DNA of 64,000 nucleotides from Octopus vulgaris. Taxonomy: Eukaryota. The first letter of the stretch is position 1; every line of letters starts with the position of its first letter. The DNA is taken from positions 39,618,001-39,682,000 of the forward strand of contig OX597831.1 in assembly GCA_951406725.2 (NCBI GenBank), in the 5' to 3' direction. Positions 26,035-37,140 of this stretch are shown here, in pieces. The notes beneath the pieces are model-generated. The model saw only the letters and a list, made by a program, of their open reading frames with translations, had not been told where the DNA came from and ran no database searches. The position numbers and the translations under genes were made by a program.

Positions 26035-26713
26035 AAGAAAGAGAGTTTTTCTAATTAGTTCAACATTGATGTTTTCATACACTTGCAGTTGTTGAATAGA
26101 AGCAGTGTCTTCATTAGATGTAAACTTAACATTTTAAATTAATTAACCAATTAATTTATTAATTGATTTTGATTTTGTTACATTGGAATTTTTTTTATTC
26201 ACTGTTTTTTAATTCCAGTTATTTGAAAGGCGTCGATGATGTGTGTGTGTATGTGCATGCGCGTGTGTGTTTGTATGCGTGAGGGCGTGTGTATGTATGT
26301 GTATGAGCATGCGTATGTGTGTGAGAATATATATACAAACGCAAATGCAAATATACATATATTCAGAGAGAGAGGGAAGGAGAGAGAAATAGAGAGAATG
26401 CTATACAATATTTTGATCACCCAAAATGTATATGTACACACACAGACATGTGTATGTGTATATATATATATATCCTTCGAAACGTTTAGTAGATGAAACT
26501 TTAGCGACTGAAGAAGGGGATTTTTCGTTGTGCTTATTGTCCTGTATCTCTCCTTTTTTTTGCCTGTCTTGTTCCTTGGTTTGTGTCTATGTTTTTCGTC
26601 TCTCTAAGTGTTCGACGTCTTTTTGGTGTCCTGTACACATATATGCGTGTATATGTACATGTAGAGGTAGGTACGTACATATATGTTTATATATCTGCAT
26701 ATATTTTATTAAC

Positions 26714-26714
<1 letters not shown>

Positions 26715-26750
<36 letters not shown>

Positions 26751-26760
26751 CATGTGTATG

Positions 26761-26793
<33 letters not shown>

Positions 26794-26857
26794 ATATATA
26801 TAAATATATATATGTATGTGTATGTATGTATATATATATACGTGTATGTATGTATAT

Positions 26858-26901
<44 letters not shown>

Positions 26902-26979
26902 GTATATATGTATATGTATATATATGTATATATATATATGTATGTATATGTATATATATATATGTATGTATATATATGT

Positions 26980-27019
<40 letters not shown>

Positions 27020-27310
27020 GTCTATATATATATGTCTATATATATGTGTGTGTGTATGTATATATATGTGTATGTATGTATATATATATATATATGTGTG
27101 TATGTATGTATGTATATATATGTATATGTATATATATGTATGTGTATGTATATATATAAATATATATATATGTATGTATATATATGTATATGTATGTATA
27201 TATATATGTATATATATATGTACGTGTATGTATATATATGTATATATATATGTATAACTAAATATATATATATGTATGTATATAGATATATGTGTAAGCA
27301 TATATATGTG

Positions 27311-27343
<33 letters not shown>

Positions 27344-27998
27344 GTGTATGTATGTATGTATATATAGGTGTATGTATGTATGTATATATATGTATGTGTA
27401 TGTATATATATATGTATGTGTATGTATATATATATGTATGTGTATGTCAGGTCACTTTCGAGTGCTACTGGTAACATGTAACCCAGTACAACCTGTTGCA
27501 TGGTCGGGTCGTCAGCGACTAAACCGGCAACCCCACCAAGCTTGCTTGGTGAGCAGGGTGATTATTGGTCACCCTGCAAGATGAAAAACAAAACCCGTCA
27601 AAGGGCGGAGGAACTCTTGAGAGTCAACAGCCATCCAATAAATGTCTTAAGGCTGTATCATGCGCGGGGACATAGAAATAATCGGTCTGAATACCCGATA
27701 GCATGGTTAAACCTTTGGGAGTGAAGGATTCCTAGCCTTTGTTAGGGCATCCTTCTAAGAGAAGGTAACTCAGGTAACTGGGATAACTCCGAAATAAAAC
27801 CTGCGGCCCAGTGGTTACCGATGATGTCGACTTGTTCTTCTTTTCGGATTATGGCTACTGTTGCTTAGTGAGTGGGATTGACTCAGTGCGCAGCCTTTCT
27901 TAGTTTAAAAAAAATCTTCTTGCACAGGCATTGCATGACAACAATATTGACTAAGCTTCGTGCAGTGGCCATACTCGATAACAAGGGGGCAGCCACCA

Positions 27999-28055
<57 letters not shown>

Positions 28056-28198
28056 GTATGTATGTATATATGTGTGTGTATGTGTATGTATGTATATATA
28101 TGTGTGTATGTATGTATATATATATATATGTGTGTATGTATGTGTATATATATATGTGTGTGTATGTGTATGTAAGTATATATATATGTGTGTGTATG

Positions 28199-28229
<31 letters not shown>

Positions 28230-28408
28230 ATATATATGTGTGTGTATGTATGTATATATATATGTGTGTATGTATATATATATGTGTGTATCTATGTATA
28301 TGTGTGTATGTATGCATGTGTATGTATGTATATGTATGTATATATATATGTATGTGTATATATATGTATGTATTTTTATCTATATATATGTATATATATA
28401 TGTGTATG

Positions 28409-28441
<33 letters not shown>

Positions 28442-28480
28442 ATGCATATATGTATGTGTGTGTATATATATATATATATA
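26715..28480. repeat. Compound (TA)/(TG)/(TATG) arrays, interrupted at 27447-27998
   Basis: Direct reading. Confidence 0.97.
27447..27998 (+). mobile_element. Probable LINE (RTE-like) 5'UTR fragment embedded in TA/TG microsatellite
   Basis: GC-richer island with a GGGCATCCTTCTAAGAGAAGGTAACTC...AAACC motif reminiscent of RTE 5' regions; no coding homology seen. Confidence 0.35.
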
Positions 28481-29459
28481 TTTTGGTCGATATTGTGTAT
28501 GTTGTCCTCACTGCTGGAATTCAAATTCCAACTGTAGACTTACATGTCATTAATCAGCTGTTTAATTTGTTTATGGCTAGAATATGTCAGCAGTATGTGT
28601 GTATGTGTATCTGTTCATTTGAGCATTGTGCTATGGGCATACATATCATTTACATCATCAACTGCTTGTTTTTAGCAGTGGGCAATTCTGGAGAGAATTA
28701 TAGTTGTGCTGTTATCTAAAATATTTTTCCTAGTTATTTGTATTTCGTGATGTGTAATACAGACATAGCGTAGTTGATAAAGCTGTTGGTTTAATGCAGA
28801 ACAGCCACCTAGAAGATCTGAGTTCAATCTCATGCATGGCACTAAGGTAATGTGGTGTGTGGTTTAGTGTTTAGGGTGTTGGACTCAAGATCGTAAGATT
28901 GTGGTTTCGATTCCTGGACCGGGTGACGCATTTGTTTTTGAGCAAAACACTTCATTTCACATTGCTCCAGTCTTCTCAGCTGGCAAAAATTAATAATCCT
29001 GTGGTTGACCAGTGTTCCGTGGATGTGAGGGAATATCTATGTCACAGAAACTGGGAAACTGGCCCTTGTGAATTGGTTTGACTCAAGAAGGTAACTTCAC
29101 CTTTTTTTTTTTTACTTTACTAAGGTAATTCACAAAATAAAAATGAACTGAAGGTAAAAAATGTAACTAAATGCAGTGAGCTGGGTGAGATCAAATAATG
29201 GGTTAGTTTCGAACTTCCGAAATGACGACTGAATTCAACACAAGACACCTGAAGAGGGCTGGAGCATACAACAGGTGAAATTTAGAGAAAGCAACAATCA
29301 GGATGAGGATACCACCTGGCTATTATAAACAGTTTACACAATTCATTGGATTTACTCGTACTTGTAAATGCATATGGAGATGATGGGGGAGGGTCATACA
29401 TGGAATATATATGTATATGTATATCTGTGTGTGTGTGTGTGTATGCATATGTATGTGTA

Positions 29460-29657
29460 TGTGACCGCGTGTGTACCATTGGCGATTTTTTTTCCTGTCT
29501 CCCCTTCTCTGGATCTTTCCTTCACCCATGTTTCCGACGAAGAGCTCCGCTCGAAACGTTAAACCCTCCTTCTTTCCTGAGCATCCAATAATACTATATT
29601 TGTTCCATGTCCTCGCGTTGTTGTGTTTTTTTGTGCTTTCTTGCTTGGATTAACTTT
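29460..29657 (+). mobile_element. Small microsatellite-embedded element with a degenerate minimal hammerhead (Penelope-like terminus)
   Basis: gttt-CCGACGA-a-GAGC-tcc-GCTC-GAAACGTT-aaac at 29530-29564. Its right end (gttaatccaa... on the other strand) recurs at 10140 and 10940. Confidence 0.5.
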
Positions 29658-30237
29658 ATATGTGTATGTATATATATGTGTATGTATATATATGTCTGTC
29701 TGTATGTATATATATGTGTATGTATGTATATATGTATGTATGTATATATATGTATGTATATGTATGCACTTGGTTTGTCATCAAGAGAAGGTATTTCTTT
29801 TTCTTTTAGTGTTTTAGTAGTTGTAGGTGCAGGCATGGCTATGTGGTTATGATGTTTGCTTCTCAACCATATGGTTTCAGGTTCAGTCTCACTGTACAGA
29901 ACCTGGTGATGGTGGGGGGCAAGTGTCTTAAGGGTCATAGAGTTTACAATTTTCATGCTTGTGATTGAGCTTATAAATCGTATTGTTGATTGGTAGCTTG
30001 TTAATAGGTCGATATATGAAGACACATGGCTTAGTGGTTCCAGTATTTGTCTCACCATCGTAAGATTATGAGTTCAATTTGTGGCAGTAAGTTATATCCT
30101 TGAGCAAGACACTTTATTCCACATTGCTCCAGTCCATTCAGTTAGTAAAAATGAATTGTACCTGTAATTCAAAGGGGCCAGCCTTGTCACATTCTGTGTC
30201 ATACTGAATCTCCCTGAGAACTATGTAAAGGTTACAT

Positions 30238-30628
30238 GGCGCAGGAGTGGCTGTGTGGTAAGTAGCTTGTTTACCAACCACATGGTTCCGGGTTCAGTCC
30301 CACTGCATGGCACCTTGGGCAAGTGTCTTCTACTATAGCCCCGGGCCGATCAAAGCCTTGTGAGTGGATTTGGTAGACGGAAACTGAAAGAAGCCCGTCG
30401 TATATATGTATATATATGTATGTGCGTGTATGTTTGTGTGTCCGTGTTTGTTCCCCTAGCATTGCTTGACAACTGATGCTAGTGTGTTTATGTCGCCATC
30501 ACTTAGCGGTTCGGCAAAAGATCCGATAGAATAAGTACTGGGCTTACAAAGAATAAGTCCCGGGGTCGATTTGCTCGACTAAAGGTGGTGCTCCAGCAAG
30601 GCCGCAGTCAAATGACTGAAAAGAGTAA
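30238..30628 (+). mobile_element. SINE family A inserted into a family D SINE
   Basis: The host reads ...GGTTACAT | GTGTCTGTAGAGTGCTCAG across the insertion, and is contiguous in the copy at 14830-15000. Confidence 0.88.
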
Positions 30629-30983
30629 ATGTGTCTGTAGAGTGCTCAGCCACTTGCATGTTAATTTTGTGAGCAGGCTTCTCTGTTGATTGGATCAGCT
30701 GGAAAACTCATCGTCGTAATCAACATCATGCCAGGTTGATTTGCACGTGGTTTGCCATCAAGAGAAGGTATTTCTTTTTCTTTTAGTGTTTTGGTAGTTG
30801 TAGGTGCAGGCATGGCTATGTGGTTATGATGTTTGTTTCTCAACCATATAGTTTCAGGTTCAGTCTCACTGCACAGAACCTGGTGGGCGGGGGCAAGTGT
30901 CTTCAACTATAAACTCATATATATTGTGAGTGGATTTGGCAGGTAGAAACACAAAGAAGCCTGTTGTATATACATACATATAT

Positions 30984-31503
30984 CTACTCTTTTACTCTTT
31001 TATTTGTTTCAGTCATTTGACTGTAGCCATGCTGGAGCACAACCATTAGTCGAGAAAATTGACCTCAGGACTTATTCTTTGTAAGCCTAGTACTTATTCT
31101 ATCGGTCTCTTTCGCCAAACTGCTAAGTGATGCAGACGTAAACACACCAGCATCGGTTGTCGAGCGATGTTGGGCGAGTAGCCACTACATACATTTTTTT
31201 CTCTCCTTGTTTTTTCTGTGTCCCTTTCTGTAGAAGAGTGTAGGCTTGAAACGTAAAGACTTTTTCTATTTCTGAGCGTTATACTAATACATCTGTTTAT
31301 TTTGTACACCACCTGTCTTCATCTTTTGTTTTTTTCGTAAACTCTCCCTATATATATATACATATATACGAAGGGCTTCTTTCAGTTTCCGTCTTCCAAA
31401 TCCACTCACAAGGCTTTGGTTGGCCTGAGGCTATAGTAGAAGACACTTGCCCAAGGTTCCACGCAGTGGGACTGAAACTGGAACCATGTGGTTGGTAAGC
31501 AAG
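30984..31503 (-). mobile_element. SINE family A carrying an insert (31177-31350) with a degenerate hammerhead motif
   Basis: The insert contains ttt-CTGTAGA-a-GAGT-gtag-GCTT-GAAACGTA-aag at 31225-31258. Confidence 0.75.
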
Positions 31504-31624
31504 ATATTAGTATTAATCATAATTCAACTATAACCTCATATATATTAATAGATTAATACCTTGTGAGTGGATTTGGTAGATAGAAACACAAAGAGGCCTG
31601 TTGTATATGCTTACATATATATTA

Positions 31625-31747
31625 GTATTAATCATAAGGGCACACGAAAATGCCTGCTTCAAATAAGAGTTAAGACTCATGTTTAATGTGAGTTTTAACT
31701 CTTATTTCTAGGAGGCAGGCATATTTGTGTGCCCTTATGATTAATAC
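31625..31747 (+). repeat. 123-bp near-perfect hairpin
   Basis: About 58 paired positions, including 5 G-U pairs, with one A-A mismatch and one 4-nt bulge. Confidence 0.9.
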
Positions 31748-32277
31748 AAATTTTAATCCTATAGCTATATAATATGTTTTTAGGCCTGCAACCACTTAGA
31801 TTATTGTTGCTGTTATTATCAACCCTCTAACCTATGCCAGCGTGGAAAGCAGATGCTAAATGATGATGATGATGATGATGATGATGGTGGTGACATGGGT
31901 TTATATAAAGAATCTTGCAAAATGAAATAACTAAGACTGCACCCCCAGAACATGCCATTCTTTTCAGGTCCGCAGAATATTCTAGCCCCCAACAATTATT
32001 GATAATTTAAGAAGCTCAGAAAGGGGCCCACACTGGAGTACTGCTCTCATATCTGTGATGGTGCTGTTGCTCGGCATATACAGGCATCTTAGATTGCTTC
32101 CAGAAAAGGGCCACCTAACTGAAATGATTGGCATAAAATCATCTACAAATATGTCCCCCTTTCTGCCTTTCCTATCTTCTATCATTTTCTTGTTTCAGTC
32201 ATTAGACTGTGGCCATGCTGGGGCAACAACTTGATGAATTTTTAGTTGAATGGTCACAAACACAAAAGTCATACATA

Positions 32278-33094
32278 CAGTCATGGCTAAAAGTTTGGAA
32301 ATATAAAAGTCTGAAAATTACAATTTTTATATTAAATGCTGAAAGTTATATTTAATTTGCAATATATTAATTACCTGGCCAAAAGTTTGGAACATAGTTC
32401 TGAGTATTTTTTCTTCAAGGTATTGAAATATTGGATCAGTTATACAGTAGGTATATCTCTATGTTCAATACATTTGAATCAAATTGTACTTGGGCATAAC
32501 AATTTTAATTATTGGGTTGTCTGGAAACTTCGTGCAGATTTTTAAAGGAACGAAAAAGGTCAATAAATACTTGCCATTACATTTTTAATCAACCAAATAT
32601 GAACCATTTTGTTGCACAATGCGTCTCCATTTTTCCTTCACCTTGAAAATACCCACTTCCCAGAATCGAGGTGGTTTCATGGCAAAGAATTCATCAAGGT
32701 ATCTTTTTATGTCATCCAAGACATTGAAATTTTCACCATTAAGACTATTCTGCAGAGACCTGAATAAGTGGAAATCCGAAGGGGCAATATCTGGTGAATA
32801 TGGAGGGTGGGGTATCACATCCCAGCTGAGCTGCAGCAATTTTTGTCTGGTTCCCAAAGCATCAAGTGCCGAAAATGAACTTTCTTATCTTCCATTTTCA
32901 AGGGTTACAGAATTAACACAGGTTATAAGAACATAAAACTTCTTCCACACAAATTGTGCTCAAACTGTAGTCAAACCCTATTTTATGAACTCAACCATGT
33001 TCTAAAATAAGTTGAAAGGTAAGCTACTATAAATCGGCATGAACTTTCCGGATAACCCAATAAGAAAAAATGTTCCAAACTTTGGCCACGACTG
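32278..33094. mobile_element. Tc1-like MITE (host of the mariner below)
   Basis: TIR CAGTC(A/G)TGGC.AAA(A)GTTTGGAA; TA TSD; inner direct repeat of the TIR motif at about 32376-32395. Confidence 0.8.
32512..33060 (-). mobile_element. Internally deleted mariner with intact transposase C-terminus
   Basis: WDVIPHPPYSPDIAPSDFHLFRSLQNSLNG...; TIR TTGGGTT.TC.GGAAA.TTC.TGC.GATTT; TA TSD. Confidence 0.92.
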
Positions 33095-33584
33095 TATACA
33101 CACACACACATGCGCGCACTAGGTTTCTTTCAGTTCCTATCTACCAAATCCACTAATGAGGCTATGGTCAGCTTGAGGCTGTAGTAGAAGACAGTTGCCT
33201 AAGGTGCCACGCAGTGGTACTGTACTTGGAATTATGTGGTTGGAAAGTAAACTTCTAACCATACAGCCATGTCTGTGCTTATAGAAGTTTGGTTCCTTGA
33301 AATTGTCTGGGCTAAATCCATCCCCAGTTGTCCCTTATTATCTCATCACACCCTAGTGTCTGACCCCTTCGGTTACATGCTAATAATTATGTTCAGTCTT
33401 CTCTTCTCAGGACAGTAACCCTCTTGAATTCCCTCTCTGCTCATATTGTTTCCACAAATACTATCTTACAAAGGGTTAAGAGAAACAATATAATTGATGC
33501 CTTCAATCTCACTGATTTAGGAAGGACCTTCAAAATCCATGAGCACTGTCCCCTCTTTTCAGACCTAGCAAATATATTCTTTTT

Positions 33585-33960
33585 TCTTTTATTTGTTTCA
33601 GTCATTTGACTGCAACCATGCTGGAGCACCACCTTTAGTCGAACAAAATCAACCCCAGGACTTATCCTTTGTGAGCCTAGTACTAATTCTATCGACCTCT
33701 TTTGCCAAACTGCTAGGTTATGGTGACGTAAGCACACCAACATAAGCGATGATGGGAAGACAAACAGACATACAAACCTATACATACATATATATATATA
33801 TATATATATTTCAGTTTCCATCTACCAAATTCACTCACAAGGCTTTGGTTAGCCTGAGGCTATAGTACAAGACACTTGCCCAAGGTGCCACGCAGTGGGA
33901 CTGAACCCAGAACCATGTAGTTGGTAAGCAAGACACTTACCACACAGCCACTCCTGCACC

Positions 33961-33992
<32 letters not shown>

Positions 33993-34139
33993 AGGCTTCT
34001 AACCAAATCCACTCACAAGGCTTTTGTTGACCCAAGGCTATAGTAGAATACACTTGCCCAAGATGCCACGCAGTAGGGCTGAACCCGGAACCACGTAGTT
34101 GGTAAGCAAGCTAATTACTACACAGCCACTCCTGTGCCT
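33585..34139 (-). mobile_element. SINE family A plus a duplicated head
   Basis: Full copy at 33585-33961 and a second head at 33990-34139. Confidence 0.8.
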
Positions 34140-34227
34140 ATATATATATATATTTTTCAAATTATATCTTTAGCAAGTTAATTTGAGATTCCTTAACGAC
34201 AATGTAACCTACATACAATTACTGTGC

Positions 34228-34317
34228 CTTCGGCCTGATGAGAAACTAGCTGAATACTGCTCATTGAGTAATTTATTACATCAGAGGACTTGCTAGCTAG
34301 GAAACATGTAGCCTGAA
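34228..34317 (+). ncRNA. Type I hammerhead ribozyme motif with palindromic stem III
   Basis: ttcGGC-CTGATGA(34235-41)...CTAGC...GCTAG...GAAAC(34301)-AT-GTA-GCCtgaa. Stem I is GGC/GCC plus TTC/GAA; stem III is the palindrome ACATGT; the base of stem II is imperfect. Confidence 0.55.
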
Positions 34318-34641
34318 TATTACCTGTTCCACTCTGGCAATTTAGATTTTTATTCACATTCACAGGGACTCAAGTTGATAACTGTGAGGTATAAAAAAAA
34401 TTACTTTCAGCTTATCGAACTTCAATATATGGGAAAAGCCTATCAATTTCGATGCCAATAAATTATTGTCGTTCCTGAACGTTTTTTTTTTTTATACTTA
34501 CCACTGACTGCTTGAAACTGACAAACTCCCTACACTTAGATTCTTGGATGTTATAATTATATATTGATGTATGTGTATTCCAGCAGGGAAGGCAGATGTT
34601 AAAGGTTCTTGATGATGATGATGATGATATATATATATATA

Positions 34642-34830
34642 TCATCATCATCATCATCGTTTAACGTCCGTTTTCCGTGCTAGCATGGGTTGGACGGTTC
34701 GACCGGGATCTGGGAAGCCAAGAGGCTGTGCCAGGCTCCAGTCTGATCTGGCAGTGTTTCTACAGCTGGATGCCCTTCCTAACGCCAACCACTCCGTGAG
34801 TGTAGTGGGTGCTTTTTACGTGCCACCGGA
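34642..34830 (-). mobile_element. SINE 3' module E with (GAT)n tail
   Basis: ...GGTTGGCGTTAGGAAGGGCATCCAGCTGTAGAAAC...GGACGTTAAACGATGATG. Also at 56115-56350 (minus), 51160-51295 and 60930-61133 (plus). Confidence 0.8.
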
Positions 34831-34883
34831 CCAATCAAATCCTTGTGAGTGGTTCTGGTAGACAGAAACTAAAAGAAGTCTGT

Positions 34884-34916
<33 letters not shown>

Positions 34917-36012
34917 GTGTGTGTGTCTCCACCACTACTTGACAACCAGTGTTGGTACATTTACATCCCTATAACTTAGCAGTACAGCAAAAGTCACTGA
35001 TAGAATAAGCATAGGTTTAAAAAGAAAATAAATACTGGAGTCAATTATTTTGACTAAAATTCCTCAAGGCTGCAGTCTAATGATATATATATATATATGC
35101 ATGCAAATCGGTTAGCAATAGGAAAGGCATCCAGCTGTAGAAACCATACCAAATCAAGCTGGAATTTGATGCAATTCCCCCAGTTTGCCAGCTCTGGTTA
35201 AATTGTCCAACCCATGCCAGTAAAGAAAGTGGACATTAAAGGATGATGATGATGTACATAATGTGTGTGTGTGTGTGTGTGTGTGTATTTGTATGTCTGT
35301 GTATCATATGCATATGCATGTATTTTATATATATATACTCTATTACTTGTTTCAATCATTTGACTGTGGCCATGCTGGAGCACCGCCTTCAGTTGAGCAA
35401 GTTGACCCCAGGACTTATTCTTTGTAAGCCTAGTACTTATTCTATTGGTCTGTTTCGCCGAACCGCTAAGTTACAGGGACGTAAACACACCAGCATCGGT
35501 TATCAAGTGATGATGTGGGGGGGGGGGACAAACACAGACACACAAACATATACATATTTATATGACAGGCTTCTTTCAGTTTCCGTCTACCAAATACAGT
35601 CATATACATATACACACACATATATATATATATACATATGCATATATACATACATATACACATACATACACACACGCACACGTATATATATATTTTACAT
35701 ATGTTCATATTTTAAAGAAATACACATTCAAATATTGATTTGTATGTATGCGCGCCTACATACATACATATACGCACGCACACATGTGAGGTACATATAA
35801 ATATTGTATTGATATAATACATCAAACTACATGCATAAATATATGTATAAAATATATACATACACATAAACACGCACGCACACACACACACACATTCACA
35901 TAAACGCAAATACTCCCTGCACACATATTCACATAAATAGAAATACACACACACACACACATACACACACACTTATATTAAGATACTTCAAATATTTTTT
36001 TCTCTCTTTCAG

Positions 36013-36233
36013 GACTGAAGCGAATATCAATAACAGCCAATTTAAAAATAAACAGTACATAAAATTCGTACATAAATACGCAAGCACGCGTTCCGATTAA
36101 GTAGAAAGTAGATCTGATTAAAAGCAGATATTGTAATAAAGCAAAAAACCTAAGCAATGCAAAGCAAAGCCAAGCTACCTTTTAAGCTGACTACTGCTAA
36201 GGCAAACAAATTCTCACACACACATTCAGATAT
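36013..36233 (+). other. Candidate upstream 5'UTR exon of MAN1A
   Basis: Strong acceptor (tttttttctctctttcag, AG 36011-36012), a stretch of unique sequence between microsatellites, and only a weak donor candidate GTAAAT at 36234. Confidence 0.35.
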
Positions 36234-36468
36234 GTAAATATATATACAATACACACACACACACACACATTCATATATATATTTATATATAAATATATAC
36301 GATATACACACGCATATACATGTTCACTTAAACCCCGCTCTCTGTTTGTTTCTATATATCGTTTTACTCTCTCACTCACTCACTCTCATTGTCGGTTTGT
36401 CTTTTCCTTTTCAGTGTTTAAGTGGATGGTCTCCCTTTGATTCAAGACGCTCTTCAATACGCTAAAGC

Positions 36469-37140
36469 ATGTTTTCATTCAGTGATGTTGTAGCGTGGAC
36501 ACACAAGATGGCAGCTTCGGGTATTCTACCGACCTACCAACGCTACATCAACGGAGTTCCTATACCAAATACGAGGCGGATTCTTCGATTCCGCGAAAAA
36601 TACATCGTTCTGTTAGTATTTGCTATTTTTGTTACCGTCTGTTTTGGTGGTTTCTTCTTTCTGCCTGAATTACGCGATCGAGTCAATGTAGATACGTTAG
36701 CCAGAGGGGCTCAGCAAATGTTTTTACCCGAACCGTTCGGAGGAACGCATGGCAATGGACATAAACACGGTCATTCACGGCAGAATTCGTTGCATCAAAT
36801 TAATAATAATAATAATAATAAAGGTGATTTAACTCAGGGCAACTCGTCACACACGGGAAACCAACAACAGCAGCAACAACTAAAGAACGATGGACTTAGT
36901 GGAGGTGTGAAAGTAAAACTCGAGGAGAGATTAAATATAAGTAAAGACACAGCAGCCGAGTATAAAAAATTAATCAATTTGGACAAAAATAAACTTCAGG
37001 AGAAAATTAAAAAAGCTAAAATCGAGCAGGATAAACGTTTAAAGGAAAACGTTATTTTTGAACACCAAGGCGGTTATGGGGTGCAAGGAGGTGAGCCGGA
37101 TGACCCTGTGTACAAAGTTCGACGAGAAAAAGTTAAAGAG
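36469..37140 (+). CDS. MAN1A: First coding exon of Golgi mannosyl-oligosaccharide 1,2-alpha-mannosidase (class I, GH47; MAN1A1/1A2-like): cytoplasmic tail, type II TM anchor and stem
   Basis: LRFREKYIVLLVFAIFVTVCFGGFFFLP matches the MAN1A anchor motif (LRxxEKFxLLL...TLCFG.FFFLP). The exon ends ...RREKVKE at GAG|GTAGGT (37140/37141, phase 0), just before the expected MMxHAW start of the catalytic domain. Acceptor ttttccttttcag at 36402-36414. In-frame TAA at 36463 lies upstream of ATG 36469; a second ATG at 36508 has better context (aagATGg). Confidence 0.93.

Noticed and set aside
26583-28719. Long ORFs rich in Y/I/C/V/M/H/T (also 1107-1529, 7292-7773, 41569-44697, 57857-58864)
   Set aside because: Translations of stop-free microsatellites and low-complexity tracts, with no protein-like content.
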